Assembly: GCF_033153115.1 (NCBI RefSeq)
Contig: NW_026889806.1
Span: forward strand, 558,001-622,000
Length of the DNA stretch: 64,000 bases
Direction: 5' to 3'
Origin: Saccostrea echinata
Lineage: Eukaryota
In this document: positions 12,401 to 24,900 of the stretch, in pieces
Layout of the letters: every line of letters starts with the position of its first letter
How positions within the stretch are numbered: position 1 is the stretch's first letter
Notes under the pieces: generated by a model
Told to the model about the DNA's origin: nothing
Seen by the model: only the letters and a program-made list of their open reading frames with translations
The model's database searches: none
Made by a program: the position numbers and the translations under genes

Positions 12401-13834
12401 GGTAAAGTCACATACCAAAAATCAGCTAAATATCTGCAAGCATTTAGAAAAAATTGCGGAAAACCCTTAAAACCCTTAAAAATTGAAAAGGTCGTAATTC
12501 CGTCAAAAATCATTGAAGCGGAACTAAATGCAAACTTGATCTGTAACTCCACTCACATACCAAAAATCAGCTCAATATCTGCAAGCGTTTAGAAAAAAGG
12601 TCCGGAAAAATAAGTGGAACAGGCTGACATACAGACAGACTGAGAGGAATTCATTACAAGTATGTTCACTGTAACTGTGTTCTACTGTTGTATTAGAACA
12701 GTAAAACACAGTTACAGTGAACATACTTGTAATGAATTCACAGTGAAGTGATCATTGTGAAGTGATTTTTAATCTCTATAGTTTTAAAGCATATTATTAG
12801 TCCCCTACCAGTGAAACCGGAGGGGACTATGGATTTCCTCTGAGTCTGTGCGTCCGTCTGTCTGTCAGCCTGTCCCACTTGGTTTTCTACACTTTTTTTT
12901 TCTAAATGCTTGCAGATGTTGATCTTATTTTTGGTATGTGAGTGTATCTTGATGAGTTACAGATCATGTTTGCATTTCAGTCCACTTCAATGATTTTTGA
13001 CGGAATTACGACATTTTCAATTTTTTAGGGTTTTCCACAATTTTTTCTAAACGCTTGCAGATATTAAGCTGATTTTTGGTTTGTGAATTTATGTTGATGA
13101 GTTACAGATCAAGTTTGCATTTCGTTCTGCTTCATTGATTTTTGACAGAATTATGACATTTTCAATTTTTAACGGGAACCAGATTACACTTTTAGGTAGG
13201 GGACTAGTATTGCCAATGCAATACTCTCAGAATGCTTGTTAACTTAGATATAAAAATTACATTTATGACCAATCAAAATTGCTCATCCCTGGCACTTTGT
13301 TATAAGGGTATTTTAGTGTACTTTCTTGTTAGTTCAACCATTCTTTACTAACAGCAACACTTTTCTTTTTTAAGTTATTTTATTGCACATGGATTAGGTT
13401 GAGAAATTTCATACAAAATTTTGTGTTTGTATATGCTGCAGTAAATTTACTGTGTTTTTTTTTATTTATCACCAGAAAGTAGTGTAAAAGGAGGGCCTAT
13501 AGGAGGACAAACAAACCTTAAATTTAATAACAGACACATGGAATACATACTTACTTGGTAAGTTAATGTCCACGTTTTATATGTGTTGGCCATCAAAGGG
13601 CTTTACTCCTGTCAGTCCTGTGTATGTGAATATTTTACATTTTAACTTTATTTTATTTTAAATTCTTTAGCCTTTATACATGTATTTGCTATTGATAAAG
13701 GATATTATGTCTGTTTAATGTATATGTACATTTTTTATAGGCTGTCACTGGCGATAGGTATGTCTGTACTATGGTACAACAGGGCTTTCCCCAGAACAGT
13801 GGCAACAAGATACACCAGAAAACGCACTGGATGA
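6427..13834 (+). CDS. SURF1: Surfeit locus protein 1, cytochrome c oxidase assembly factor, ~328 aa, 8 exons
   Basis: Exons 6427-6462, 8324-8548, 8905-9026, 9120-9302, 9650-9770, 12071-12194, 13476-13557 and 13741-13834 (987 nt) are all GT-AG and in frame. Motifs: FPITAYGLAYWQYERKKWK, VTPFKL, VLVNRGWVPR, GGPIGGQT, HMEYILTW. Exon 1 is the least certain. Confidence 0.93.
10455..11452 (+). mobile_element. HINE (non-autonomous Helentron-type) with ~147-150 bp internal tandem array
   Basis: subTIR agctcacctcaac (10459) / gttgaggtgagct (11414-11426). 3' hairpin gtaatc-tct-gattac and T-rich flanks. Units start near 10681, 10828, 10975, 11125 and 11271. Confidence 0.8.
12254..13240. repeat. ~1-kb quasi-palindrome: two inverted copies of a HINE around a 43-bp-arm hairpin
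   Basis: 12254-12646 is the diverged reverse complement of ~12835-13240 (aacaagcattctgagagtattgcatt / aatgcaatactctcagaatgcttgtt). The central arms 12647-12689 and 12697-12739 differ at one position. Confidence 0.85.
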
Positions 13835-13904
13835 TACGTTTTATTTGATATCATTAAACTTTCTTCTCTAAATGTTTTGGCTTTCAATAGTTTTTTTTCT
13901 ACAT

Positions 13905-15480
13905 AGCTTTTTTGAGCCAAGACTCAGAGCTAATGCTAAAGCCGTTTGTGAGGTGTTTGTAAAGTTTTTGAAATGTGGGCCATATTGTCGATACATCATT
14001 GGACCCCAGAGTCTGTCCCTTAAAAAGTAGGCAGAGTGACATACTCTCAGAGGTTTATGATTATTCATTTTCAAAGATTTTTAGCTATATATTTCAGATA
14101 CTAAGTAGATTAGAATCTTCAAACCTTGTCTGTCAGTTGATGCATCTTAAGACTTAAGGTTGTCTCAACTTAAAAGTAGATCACATTACCTACTTTCTGA
14201 ATTTTAAGGCGGCTATTCATTTTTTAAAAAAGCAAACAAACAAACAAACACAAACAAAATTTTGACTAGGTATTTTAGATAGTAAGCAATTACATGTAAA
14301 AATTGTCAAAACTTGTCATTTGTTGCATTGTGGGAATTTGGAGTGTGTCAACCAAAAAGAAGGGCACAGTTTCTTAATTTCTAAATTTTTCAAAATACTT
14401 TAGTCACTTAGAAGTTATGGAATCATCTAAACTTTGTCATTTGATGCATATTGGGGCCTAAGGTTGTGTCAGCTGAAAGGTAGGCCCCATTGACCTTTTT
14501 AGCTCACCTGAGCCAAAGGCTACCCCTGTAACCTATGTAGTTGATGCATCATCAGTCAATTCAAAAGTAGGTAATGATGATCTCTATTTTGAAAATTTTA
14601 GCATTATTCATAATTTAATTAAGAAGCCTAGGATCATCAAACATGTCAGTAATGCATTTTGGGACCTTGTGATGTTAATCCAAAAGTAGGTCACAATGAC
14701 CTGCTTTTTTGAATTTAGCTGCTATTCATTATCATATTGTTTTAGATGCATACCTTGGACACTGTGAAACATAGAATGATCAAACATTGTCAGCTGATGC
14801 ATCAATATACTTAAGACTCCATATTGTCTCACCTGAAAAGGAGCTCTAGTGACCTACTTTCTGTATTTTTTTTATAACATTAAATCTAGTCATTTTAGAA
14901 TGATCAAACCATTCAGTTTATGCATATTGGGGCCTTAGGGTGTGTCAACTTGAAAGTAGGTCACATGCAGTGACCTACATGTATTTTCTACATTTTACAA
15001 CTTGTCATTTTAAAATCTTCAAATTAAACATGATGATATTAATTTTAATACAATGACATGTAGGGTCACCAAAATAAAGTGCTGATGCATAGATTTGTTA
15101 ATTCAACAGGAGGTCATAGTGACCTAGTTCTTGAATTTATCATTAATTTTTTTTTTAAATCAATTCAGCCAGGATACTAAGAGGCTATAAGATCATCAGA
15201 TCTTCTCAATTGACGTGAATTGGAGCCTATAGATTTGTTGCCCCAAACATGCCAAAAGAAGTAACAATGACCTCATTTGAATTTGATCATGATTATTTGT
15301 ATTAACTGTTTGAGGTCTAGGATCATCAAATCTCAATTTTCAGTTGATGCATGTTTTGGCCATGGAACATGCTGACAAAAAGTAGGTCACATCGACCTAC
15401 TTTTGAATTCTGCATCTTTTCATTTTTAAATTGTTTTAGATGCATATATCTTTGACATTTTAAAATATAGGATCAACAAA
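13905..15480 (+). repeat. Old degenerate tandem array (HINE-like) downstream of SURF1
   Basis: Units of the form gatcatcaaac..tgtcagttgatgcatattggg.cctaagg..gtgtcaact.aaaagtaggtcac..tgacctacttt recur several times. The head agcttttttgagccaagactcagagct is at ~13905. Confidence 0.6.
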
Positions 15481-15825
15481 CCTCATTCTAATTACTGAAG
15501 AGACGATTTTAATGTATATAACAAAAACAGACGGTGCAGGGGTGTCAAAACAAATTGCATGACTGTGACAGGGACACTTGAAGGTGGGAAAACAACTATT
15601 TACACTCAATGTATCCAGAATACAAAATTGGAAACTAATTGACTTCTTAGCCTACTTTCATGCAGGAAAGCCCAGTAGATAATCATAGAAGAAATCGAAT
15701 TTATTCTTTACACAATTTTTTATACAATTGACTCTAACGGCATTTTCGTAATGGATATATATGGCAAATACAGTTCTCTATGAAAAAAACCCAAAATGTA
15801 CTTTTTTTTAGCTCACCTGAGCCGA

Positions 15826-15921
15826 TTTGGCTCAAGTGAGCTTTTCTGATCAAAGAGTGTCTGGCGTATGTCTGTCGCCTAGCTGTAATTTAACTTTTCA
15901 CATTTTCAACTTCTTCTCAAG

Positions 15922-15958
<37 letters not shown>

Positions 15959-16188
15959 CAGGAAGTGCTGCACCCTCTTTCAAGGGGAGATAATTAAGAA
16001 TTCGTGAGAATTTGGTGGCATCTTTTAAAAGCAGAGCCATGATTAGTAATATTGATATAGAAGCTCCTGAGGTAGTGTAAATTTAAGTCCCCCCCCCCCC
16101 TTTAAAATGTTTCAATATACTGAACTGATTTCTGCCTCTTCCTAGCCAGTGTGCTCAGATTAGCGTTGGGGCCCATGGGCCTCTTGTT
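15826..16188 (+). mobile_element. Short Cg170-family HINE
   Basis: Head ttttagctcacctgagc...gctcaagtgagcttttctgatc and tail ctcagattagcgttggggcccatgggcctcttgtt. Confidence 0.75.
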
Positions 16189-16789
16189 ATTGCTAGCGTT
16201 CTCGAGCGCTAGCAACTACGTTAGTCTATATTTCTGGAATACGCATGCTCGACTTTACGGTCGGGCATTCTGGGAAAACTACTGAAGATAGACTGTACGA
16301 TGATAATTTCGTTTTATCATAAAAAATTGATATGATCCGAATTCTGAATTTCTTAATTTATTGTCTAACCTATGATTAAAAGTACAAGAAAATTTGGGTC
16401 ATATAATGCCAAGATTGTAGAGATCAACTGGTAAAACTTAGCTTTCCTTAAAGCTAACCATGTATACTACCTTCCTATATAATTCCGGCAAGCTCAGAGA
16501 AAAAAAAACAGGAAATCTTTCAGAATTTGTCGGAAAGACACGAGAAGCGATTGATACAATGCAGTAGCACTGATATAATTATAATTCTTTAATTTTTCAT
16601 TTTTCCTTTTTTGACGGAAAAGCCCGAGTAATTATGATCCGATTGTTATTGCTAGCGCTTTCGAGCGCTAGCAACTACGTTAGTCTTTTTTACTGGAATA
16701 CGTATGCTCGACTTCATGGTAGGCCATTATGGGAATACTACTGTAGATAAACTGCACCATTTCAATTTCGTTTTTTAATCTGAAAATAC

Positions 16790-17740
16790 TAGGGATGTCA
16801 AAATATTTATTTTTCTTAGTCGATTATTCGATTGCATCATTCGAACGATAGTCGAATATTCGGAACCTTTTCTGAAAATAAAATTTTATTTCAAACTTCA
16901 CTGGTACATGGCGTATCTATAACTCAAAAACCCTTAATCTGTTTAAAAAGTAACATAAAAATTAATGCAGCGTAACGTTGGATTGCAAGATTATATGAAA
17001 TAAATTTAGAAATCTAATATTCCTAAATTCATGATTTCTCCATCAATCGAATTCATAAATTGGTCTGTACATGCAGTTAGTTTTTATTTTAGTTAGCATT
17101 CAAAATTTTCTAGCCGATATTTTTTAAAGCTTATTGTGAAATATTTAGGGGGGGGGGGGGGGGTCTCACACTATCCACACGCCAGGTGGCTGTTAAATTG
17201 TTAAACAGTTAGTTACTGCTTATTCATTTATTGATGGTTCTGGCTATCAAAATGTCCTTAATTATGAACAATTTAAAATGCAAGCGAATTGTTCTAATAA
17301 TTATTGAAGCGTCAAAACATGTCACATGTTCCTCGCATTTGAGCAATCTTAAAATAAAAGATAATTGGTACATCGTATAAAATCAAGTCCAATTAATTTT
17401 TTTACAAACAAAGCCCAGATATATGTTGATGGTTGATTTATTACAAAAACAACACAAGCAGTAACTGGTAGATAATTAATTCTCGCGGTAGTGAAGCATT
17501 TATAATTACTGCACTTTCTATATACGCACATGGAAAATCAAGTTTTTTTGTAGAGGAAAATTATCTTATCAACTGTCTCCGAGGAAAGACGGTTTCTCAA
17601 TTTTGAAATGAGAATTCCATATCGTTATCACTCTTTTATTGCATTTTTTTAAAATTATAATATTCGAATGTCGTTTCATTATTCGATCGTCGGTCCATTC
17701 GACTGACAGTCGAATAGTCGACTATTCGTTGACATCCCTA
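16790..17740. mobile_element. Non-autonomous hAT-like transposon (951 bp)
   Basis: TIR TAGGGATGTCAA / TTGACATCCCTA. Exact 8-bp TSD GAAAATAC at 16782-16789 and 17741-17748. Subterminal tcga/attcg motifs are present. Confidence 0.9.
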
Positions 17741-18293
17741 GAAAATACATATGATCTGAAGTTTCGCGTTTTGTTGTCTAATCTTAAATAAATGTACAAA
17801 GGGTAACAGTAAATGCCAAAACTGTACAGATCAGTTATAGTTTCTAAAATTATAATATTAAAAAAAACTAGCTATTTTTAACTATCTTCGGATATGTTTT
17901 CCGAGCTTGCCGGAAAGGCCGAAAGGTTGCGATTGCTACAAAACAGTACCACACTGGAATATTTTTAAACTAGGTGTTCATTGGTTCTACTTATCTCTTA
18001 TTTTTCACTTTAAAATTAAAATTACAGTAAACTACAGAATGCTTAAAGCACATTTAATGATTCCTGCCATTACCAATGTGAAAACCCACTCAAAACAAAG
18101 CTTTGAAGTTCATTATTGTAATGTTTTTTGACTCTGGGTATCCCGAATTTATCCAACAATAGCCTTTTCTATAAATAGTCTGATGAATATTTTGTATTAA
18201 ACACTGAATAGCTGAAACCTTCACCATTCTGAATTAAGACACATCCCCCCAACACTACCTCCAGTGTACCACTGTGTCTTCCTATTAATAATT

Positions 18294-18648
18294 AGGGACG
18301 ACCATTTGATTCTGAAGGGGGGCGGGGGGCTGGCAGATTTTGGAAATAAATAATCTGTCCTCAAAAAAGTTGAAAATAAATAACTGTCTTTCCACGACCG
18401 GCAAGAAAATAAATAATCTGTCATTGACTATTGCTACTTAACCCCCCCCCCCATTCCCTCTTTGAACTTTTTTTGTTTTTTTGTTTTGTTTTTTTTCAAA
18501 CTTTTTCAGTGAAGAAGAAAATGAATAATCTGTCCTTGACCATCTTGAAAATAAATAATTTGTACTTGACTGGCATGGAAATAAGTACTCGAAAGATTTT
18601 GCTAGACCCCCACCCAACTCCCCTCCTCAGAATCAAATGGTAGTCCCC
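18294..18648. mobile_element. MITE with ~21-bp TIRs, TTA/TTAA-flanked (Harbinger- or Kolobok-like), upstream of GRAMD1
   Basis: TIR gggacgaccatttgattctga / tcagaatcaaatggtagtcccc. Confidence 0.75.
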
Positions 18649-18938
18649 TTAATCAATTCAGCAAATTAATCCAATAATTCAGATATCTAATTCTGTGGTT
18701 TATGATAGCTACAGCGCTAGCTCACCTATCTTTTTAAAAGATTAAGCTTGTATTAAATTAATTTATTATATATAGATCGGGATCGAAAATGAAACAGGAT
18801 ATGACGCACTTGTCAGACCATTGTAGTAAATAAACGAAGGCAAAGCCAAAGGTTAATGATATATTCTCTCTTTCCGTCAGGAATTGTGTGTTATTCATTT
18901 ACGTCTTGAATCTAAATTGCTATGTTTTATTGCATATT

Positions 18939-21900
18939 ATGAGCAACTCGCGAAATCCTCCGCAAAATGAGACAGACATTCGAAATAACAACGATGAACT
19001 CGAAGACTTGATCAGCAAATGTGAAAATGCAGACGGGTCTAATCCACACGGACTGAGTTCTGCCGTCAGCTCTACGGTAGCGGCTGTTACCAGTATATTT
19101 AGATGGTCACCACAGCAGTAAGTGTATAAAAAGAGCCCAATCACTGGTTTTCTTTTACAAGTTGGAACATTTCTGGAGTCGTGAAAGGTTGATAATAAGG
19201 TCATTTTGTTAAGATCAGCTGATTTCGAAATCGGAAAATCAGGCATTTTCTGAATTTATGTAAATTAAGGTTTTTCGAGATTCAAGCTAAAGCCATTTCA
19301 GTAAAAGTTTTATCAATTTATAGTTTTTATTTATTTATTCTTGTTATCTTTTCTTTTTTTTTTTACTTTGCACATATACAGAAAAAAATGGTCTCTGTAC
19401 AATATTCAAGCTCTGATTTGATTGAACTTTTTGAACGTTTCATCATTTTGAGTTAGTTTAGCACTCAAAGAAAATAAACTTAACACAATATCAAAATCTG
19501 ATCAGAATTGTAATAATAGTAGACACTAGACAAAAAGCTGACATGAGGATCACGAGTTGATAGCCTGAATGCTTTATATAGGTATACCTTTAGCATTGAT
19601 GTTCTTATAAAGAGTAATTAAGAAATAAAGTTCATGAAGTGTTATAATTTATGATGTTTAGACAATTCCTTCCAAATAAATGGATTTTTATTTTATTTTA
19701 TAATATTTACATTTATAATTGTTTTCTCTATTATAATAACTCTTTGAAAGTTAGGTGAGTTGCATTGTCGCAAGCCACGGGTTTTGTGTCCATTCTATTT
19801 CCACAAACCCGTGGCTGCCTCCTACCAAATTCTCTCATTCTCGCGACTGAATCATTGAATATTTATTAAGTGATGCCAGATTTACCTCATCCTCGCAAGC
19901 CAGGGGTCCTGAGTCAATACGTTGCCGTTGGACCCCTGGCATATTTCACTCAATATTTGTGGGCTGACTGTAGCGACATCTTTCGGAAAAATTACAAATC
20001 TTGATTGTTTATCTTATCTCTCAACCAATCACATTAAGCCATTCTTTGATAAACAACTTGTAACACGTGCATTTGAGGTGTCAACTGAATCCTTATCTAA
20101 CTATTTTTGAAAGCTTTAATTTGATTGGTGCTTCTCAATAAGAGAAGCAAGCCCACAAATATTGAATGAAATATGCCAGGGGTCCAACGGCAACGTGTTG
20201 ACTCAGGACCCCTGGCTTGCGAGGATGGATTTACCTTGACCAATTAAATCACTCTGTAGCAATTTTTTGTACGCTTAAATGGCGGAGCCCATAATGAAAT
20301 CATGTTTGCTATGTGTGGCAGATTTATTGAAAAAAATACGATAGATCCTGAAGAACAGAGGTGAGTAACGTATATTCTGAAATACTTACAAGGTTTTACA
20401 TTAAAATACAGGGTTTCGAATGTAGACGTTGTGTGAGAACGCTGAATAGCGTTACTCGTTAAGAAAGGAAATTTGAACCGAAGTTGATGTACAGCTCGTG
20501 GTTATGGTTACATCCAAATACAAGATAGACTGATCATTTTCATTGGTTCTGACTTGAAGCGTCAGATGTTATTCCATTGGTTGAATGTATGTTATTAATA
20601 TTCACGAGAACGAGAGAAATTTGTAGGAGACAGCCACGGGTTTGTGGAAATAGAATGGACACAAAACCCGTGGCTTGCGACGATGGGTGAGTTGATTTTT
20701 TTTATAATTACACCTGATTGTAATCTTCACCTAGTGAAGGGTCAGAAGCCTAATATGCAAGTCAGTCTCATGCTGTCTTTGTATCTGACGGCAGTGGGTG
20801 TGGACTGTTGAAATAAACGTGGGGTGCCTCATGTATTTTAGATCTATTAGACAGCTATTTACAATTTTATCTCGTATATGAATGTAAGTATAAGGAATCG
20901 CTGTCTAGTATGTTGGGTATGCAAGGGACATCAATGACAGTTGGAAATGTGGGATAATTTTAATATGCATAACAGGCTTTGCATTTCCAACTATTGTTGA
21001 TGCCCTAGCATACCCAACAAACTAGACAGCGATTCCTCAAATCATTGATCTTTTGTAAATTGGTGATGATTTAGGGAGGTGATGAGTATATGGGTATAGG
21101 AGAAGTACATCATGTCATGACAGTTTTGTCTTTTTTTTTTGTGGATAACCCTTAGCCAAACCCTGCCTCCATCCCCCAAAAATGTCATGTACATCAGCTT
21201 TAGAGTCTTGGAAAATCCAACACCAGCAGATATGTTGACAAATTTCGCAGATGTAAATCCAGCTTTCAGTGTTTTATCAGGCATTATTGTGGCCAATTTA
21301 ATAAGCGATCAAAACTTTTACTATTTTTTGAGATCATTCTGTGAACAATTACATAACAACAAGTGACAGTACAGATGTGAGATTATAATATGGACCTGTA
21401 ATGCAGATTAATGCACAATGTTGATGTGTATGTTAAAACATAACACTGTCTGTTTATCTAGAGTAACTTAGTAAGTGTAGCTTTTTTGTCTTAGTTATTG
21501 ATTTATGTAATTTAATAATACCTTCATAGTCTACACACACACACCTCAAATTAAATCTTGCTGGTTTGGCAATGTAGTGAGCTTTGACAATCGTAATGAT
21601 TTTTTGTCGTAGCAGCTGTTGAAAAGATTTAATGTAGCCACCATCACACAACAGGCAGAAATAGATATTCCCCAGTGAAATAAAAAAATGCACAGTAGGT
21701 AATTTTCTAAAAGGAGAATGTTGATGAACATAATACAGAGAAGAAACATGATTTTTTACTTTTAAATTAACCAACTGGAAAGGTTAGAAAGTTTGGAATT
21801 TTAAGTTAGAAATGAAAGGATTTTTAATATTTGAAAATTGCATAATTGGCAATGAAATATAAAGTTTTAATTGATAGTCTATATATGGTATATGGCCATA

Positions 21901-24900
21901 ATGGGTAAATTGAATCCAAAGGAAACCTGACCAAGCTTGACAGTGTGGAACATGTGCCGGTGATACAGCATATTAATCAGAACTGAAGATAGGTTGCTGG
22001 GTCTGCTACAATTTTTACTCTCAAAAAGTGCTCTTATGCAACAATAAATTGAGTGCCAAATCATCTCTATATTTGAACATATTGTCACATAATCTACACC
22101 TTATAAATCAATATTGTTTTTTTTTTTTCAGCATCAGTAGAAAGAGATCTGCTGAATCGGACCAAGACTCCCAGAGTTCTGGAAGCATGAATTCTGACTC
22201 TCCAAGGTGAGTTAGTCAGCATTTGGGAGCATGATTGGATGCTCAGTATAAAGGTACTAGTAAGATTAGGTATTAAAAAGAGAGATAATTTTTATCATAA
22301 ATTATGCCTACAGGTATTGAAAATTTCTTCATTGAATTTTCTTATGTCTTGTAAATTCAGTGAGTCTTATTTTTGTATACCTGTATATAATAATTCAAAA
22401 TTTTATATAATTGCAAATATATAAATGAACAGATAAATAAAATAATGTTCCTTTAAATTTGTTAGCCCTGCTGAAAAGTTGGGTCTCATGCAGCCAGACA
22501 GAAATTAGTCAGATCTTGTCACAATCATGAGAAATTGTGATTAAAAAAAAAAAACTTCACAAGTTTCTACATTTTAGAGTTTCTACTAATTTAAAAATTC
22601 AATTACCAGTAAATTATTCTATAATCCATTGAAGACATTGTCTTGGCAATACATGTATTAACTATAGGAAATCCGAAAATACGTACTCTCCGATTCTGAA
22701 ATATATTTAATGAATTTTGGTCAAACCACACAATAAGAGTCATAGATTCAAAAGAAAATAAAATGGTAGGTACCGGGTACATGTATTAAAATAAAAAAAA
22801 ATTGCATCTCTATAATTTATATTTTTAGTAAGTCGGGCCTTGCAAAATTTTCTCCGGCTCCATACTCCCAAATTAGGACTGAGGTGAAGAAAGAGGACAT
22901 GGAGGAACCTGCTGAACCTCTCCTTAATGTCACCAATAACATATTCACTAATGGTCGGGAAATCAGACAGCGCCACAGCTTCAGTAGTAACTATGATGTA
23001 CGACGACACACAGAGCCCACAAAAGAATCTGAGCAGAGTCCAAGTTCTGACAGTGTGTCCTGGGGTAAAGCTTCAGGGGTCAATTTAGACAGGACAGATT
23101 CCAAATCATCCAAGTCCCCAACCCTTAGTGGATCCAGTATATCGAGGGGAAAGTCATTGTCTTTCAGGGAATCATCTAGTCACAACAGAACACCCACCAA
23201 ATCAGCTGATAAATCGGATTCCGGCAGCAGGAGTAGTATTGAGTTTGTTCGAGCACACTCAAGGGAACGTTCATTTGAGAAGTCTTTGGAAAACATCATG
23301 GACAAATGCTCAGAGAAATCTGTAGAATTGAATGTTAGTCTGGAGTCTAAGAATGGTGTAATCAGTGATAGTAGTCGAGTTGATGAGAACAGTCTGTCGT
23401 CAGTCAAGAAAAGTGGGGATAAAACTGACAAGAAAAAGAAAAATACTCCTTGGTACACTGTAAGTATTGGATTTTATTGGTACATATGTATCCTTGTTAT
23501 TACACATTGCTTGTTCATGTGTGAGACCATGCATACACACATTCAAAAAATTTTTTTTTGAATTGTATTTTTTTTTTTACATTACAGGCATCACAAGTAA
23601 TTATGAATAAATAACATTTGCTGATTATACATACAAGGGTTGTTAGAAAAGTTCTCGGACACGTTGATTTACGGAAAATCTATTGTGTACTGTGAAGTAT
23701 GACTTATGTCTGATGAAATTCCTATCTTTTGTTTATTAGTATGTAAAAAATCAGGTCCATTTGCTAAAATTTTGAAAAATTTACAACAATTTTTACTATG
23801 CGGTCATAGGATTCACGGAGCAATCATTTGACGTTAAGTGACTTGACAATCAGATTTCAAACCCATTAAGCTTTTATCATAGTTCTAAATATCTTTCATT
23901 TCTTCAACTTTTCTTGTCTTTTTTCTACTCAGAAGTTAAATATCTATATCTCGACATGATACTTTTCTTCTATAATGTCTTTTGTGCTGTTTCGGATATT
24001 AGTGAGATCTTAAAATAAGTCTATGCAGTTAAGAGATCAGGTTTGGAAACAATGCAAAATCCATAAGCGCAACGTTCATGCGATAAGTGGGGTATTGGGG
24101 TATTGATGGAGTTGATCATTAAAAATGTTAATCCTTCCATTCTTATAAAGCTACTACCATTTGAATACTTTTGTCCTTTGTACGTATAGGCAATTTCTAG
24201 CAGCATCTAGAAGCATTTTAGTCTATTTTAGACATTTTCATATGTCTGCACACATAATTTTTTAGTAGCTCGGTGCTCCATGACGTTCCCATTTTTGGCT
24301 TTGTTTTTATGCGTTGATTGTTTAAAAATGGCTATAAAACTGTCATACACCCTCCAATTTAATTCAAAATTTCGGCAAGTGACGTTTCATGAATACTGTA
24401 GCGACAGATAAAATATCATAATTCTTTCTGAGCTACAACTGTGCAATTTTTAATTTCAATAAAAAGTCTAAGTTTCATGGAAATAGCGCGCTCACAATAG
24501 AACTTGTCCGTGAACTTTTCTAACAACCCTCGTATGTATTTACAACAATGATTTATATAGGCGCAAGGCTAATATCTGTATTATCTCCATTAACTTGTAC
24601 CTTATATACCAATAAAACATTTCAGACTTGAATTTAAGGGAAAAAAAATTATTGTAATACATAAATATTTTGTTAATGTAGAGCACACACATAGAAATTT
24701 ATGTCAGAAAAAAATGTCCAGAAATATTTAGAAAGAATCTAGACAATGTTTACTTCACACATGCAAAATTCCTTTAAAAAGTGTTGGGGATTTAAGAGGG
24801 AAAAAACAAAAAGAAAGTATCTGTTCACAATGAAAACAATCAAAATAGTTTGATTTCTATGGACATAAGAAAGTTCGATTGGAATTTCAAATTTGGTAAT

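Larger units (their letters stand above)
16185..18752 (+). mobile_element. HINE-like element with duplicated 5' head and nested insertions
   Basis: The head ttgttattgctagcg.t.tcgagcgctagcaactacgttagtct (a hairpin) occurs at ~16184 and ~16643. The matching agcgctagc plus 3' hairpin atctttttaaaagat is at ~18713-18742. Confidence 0.55.
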
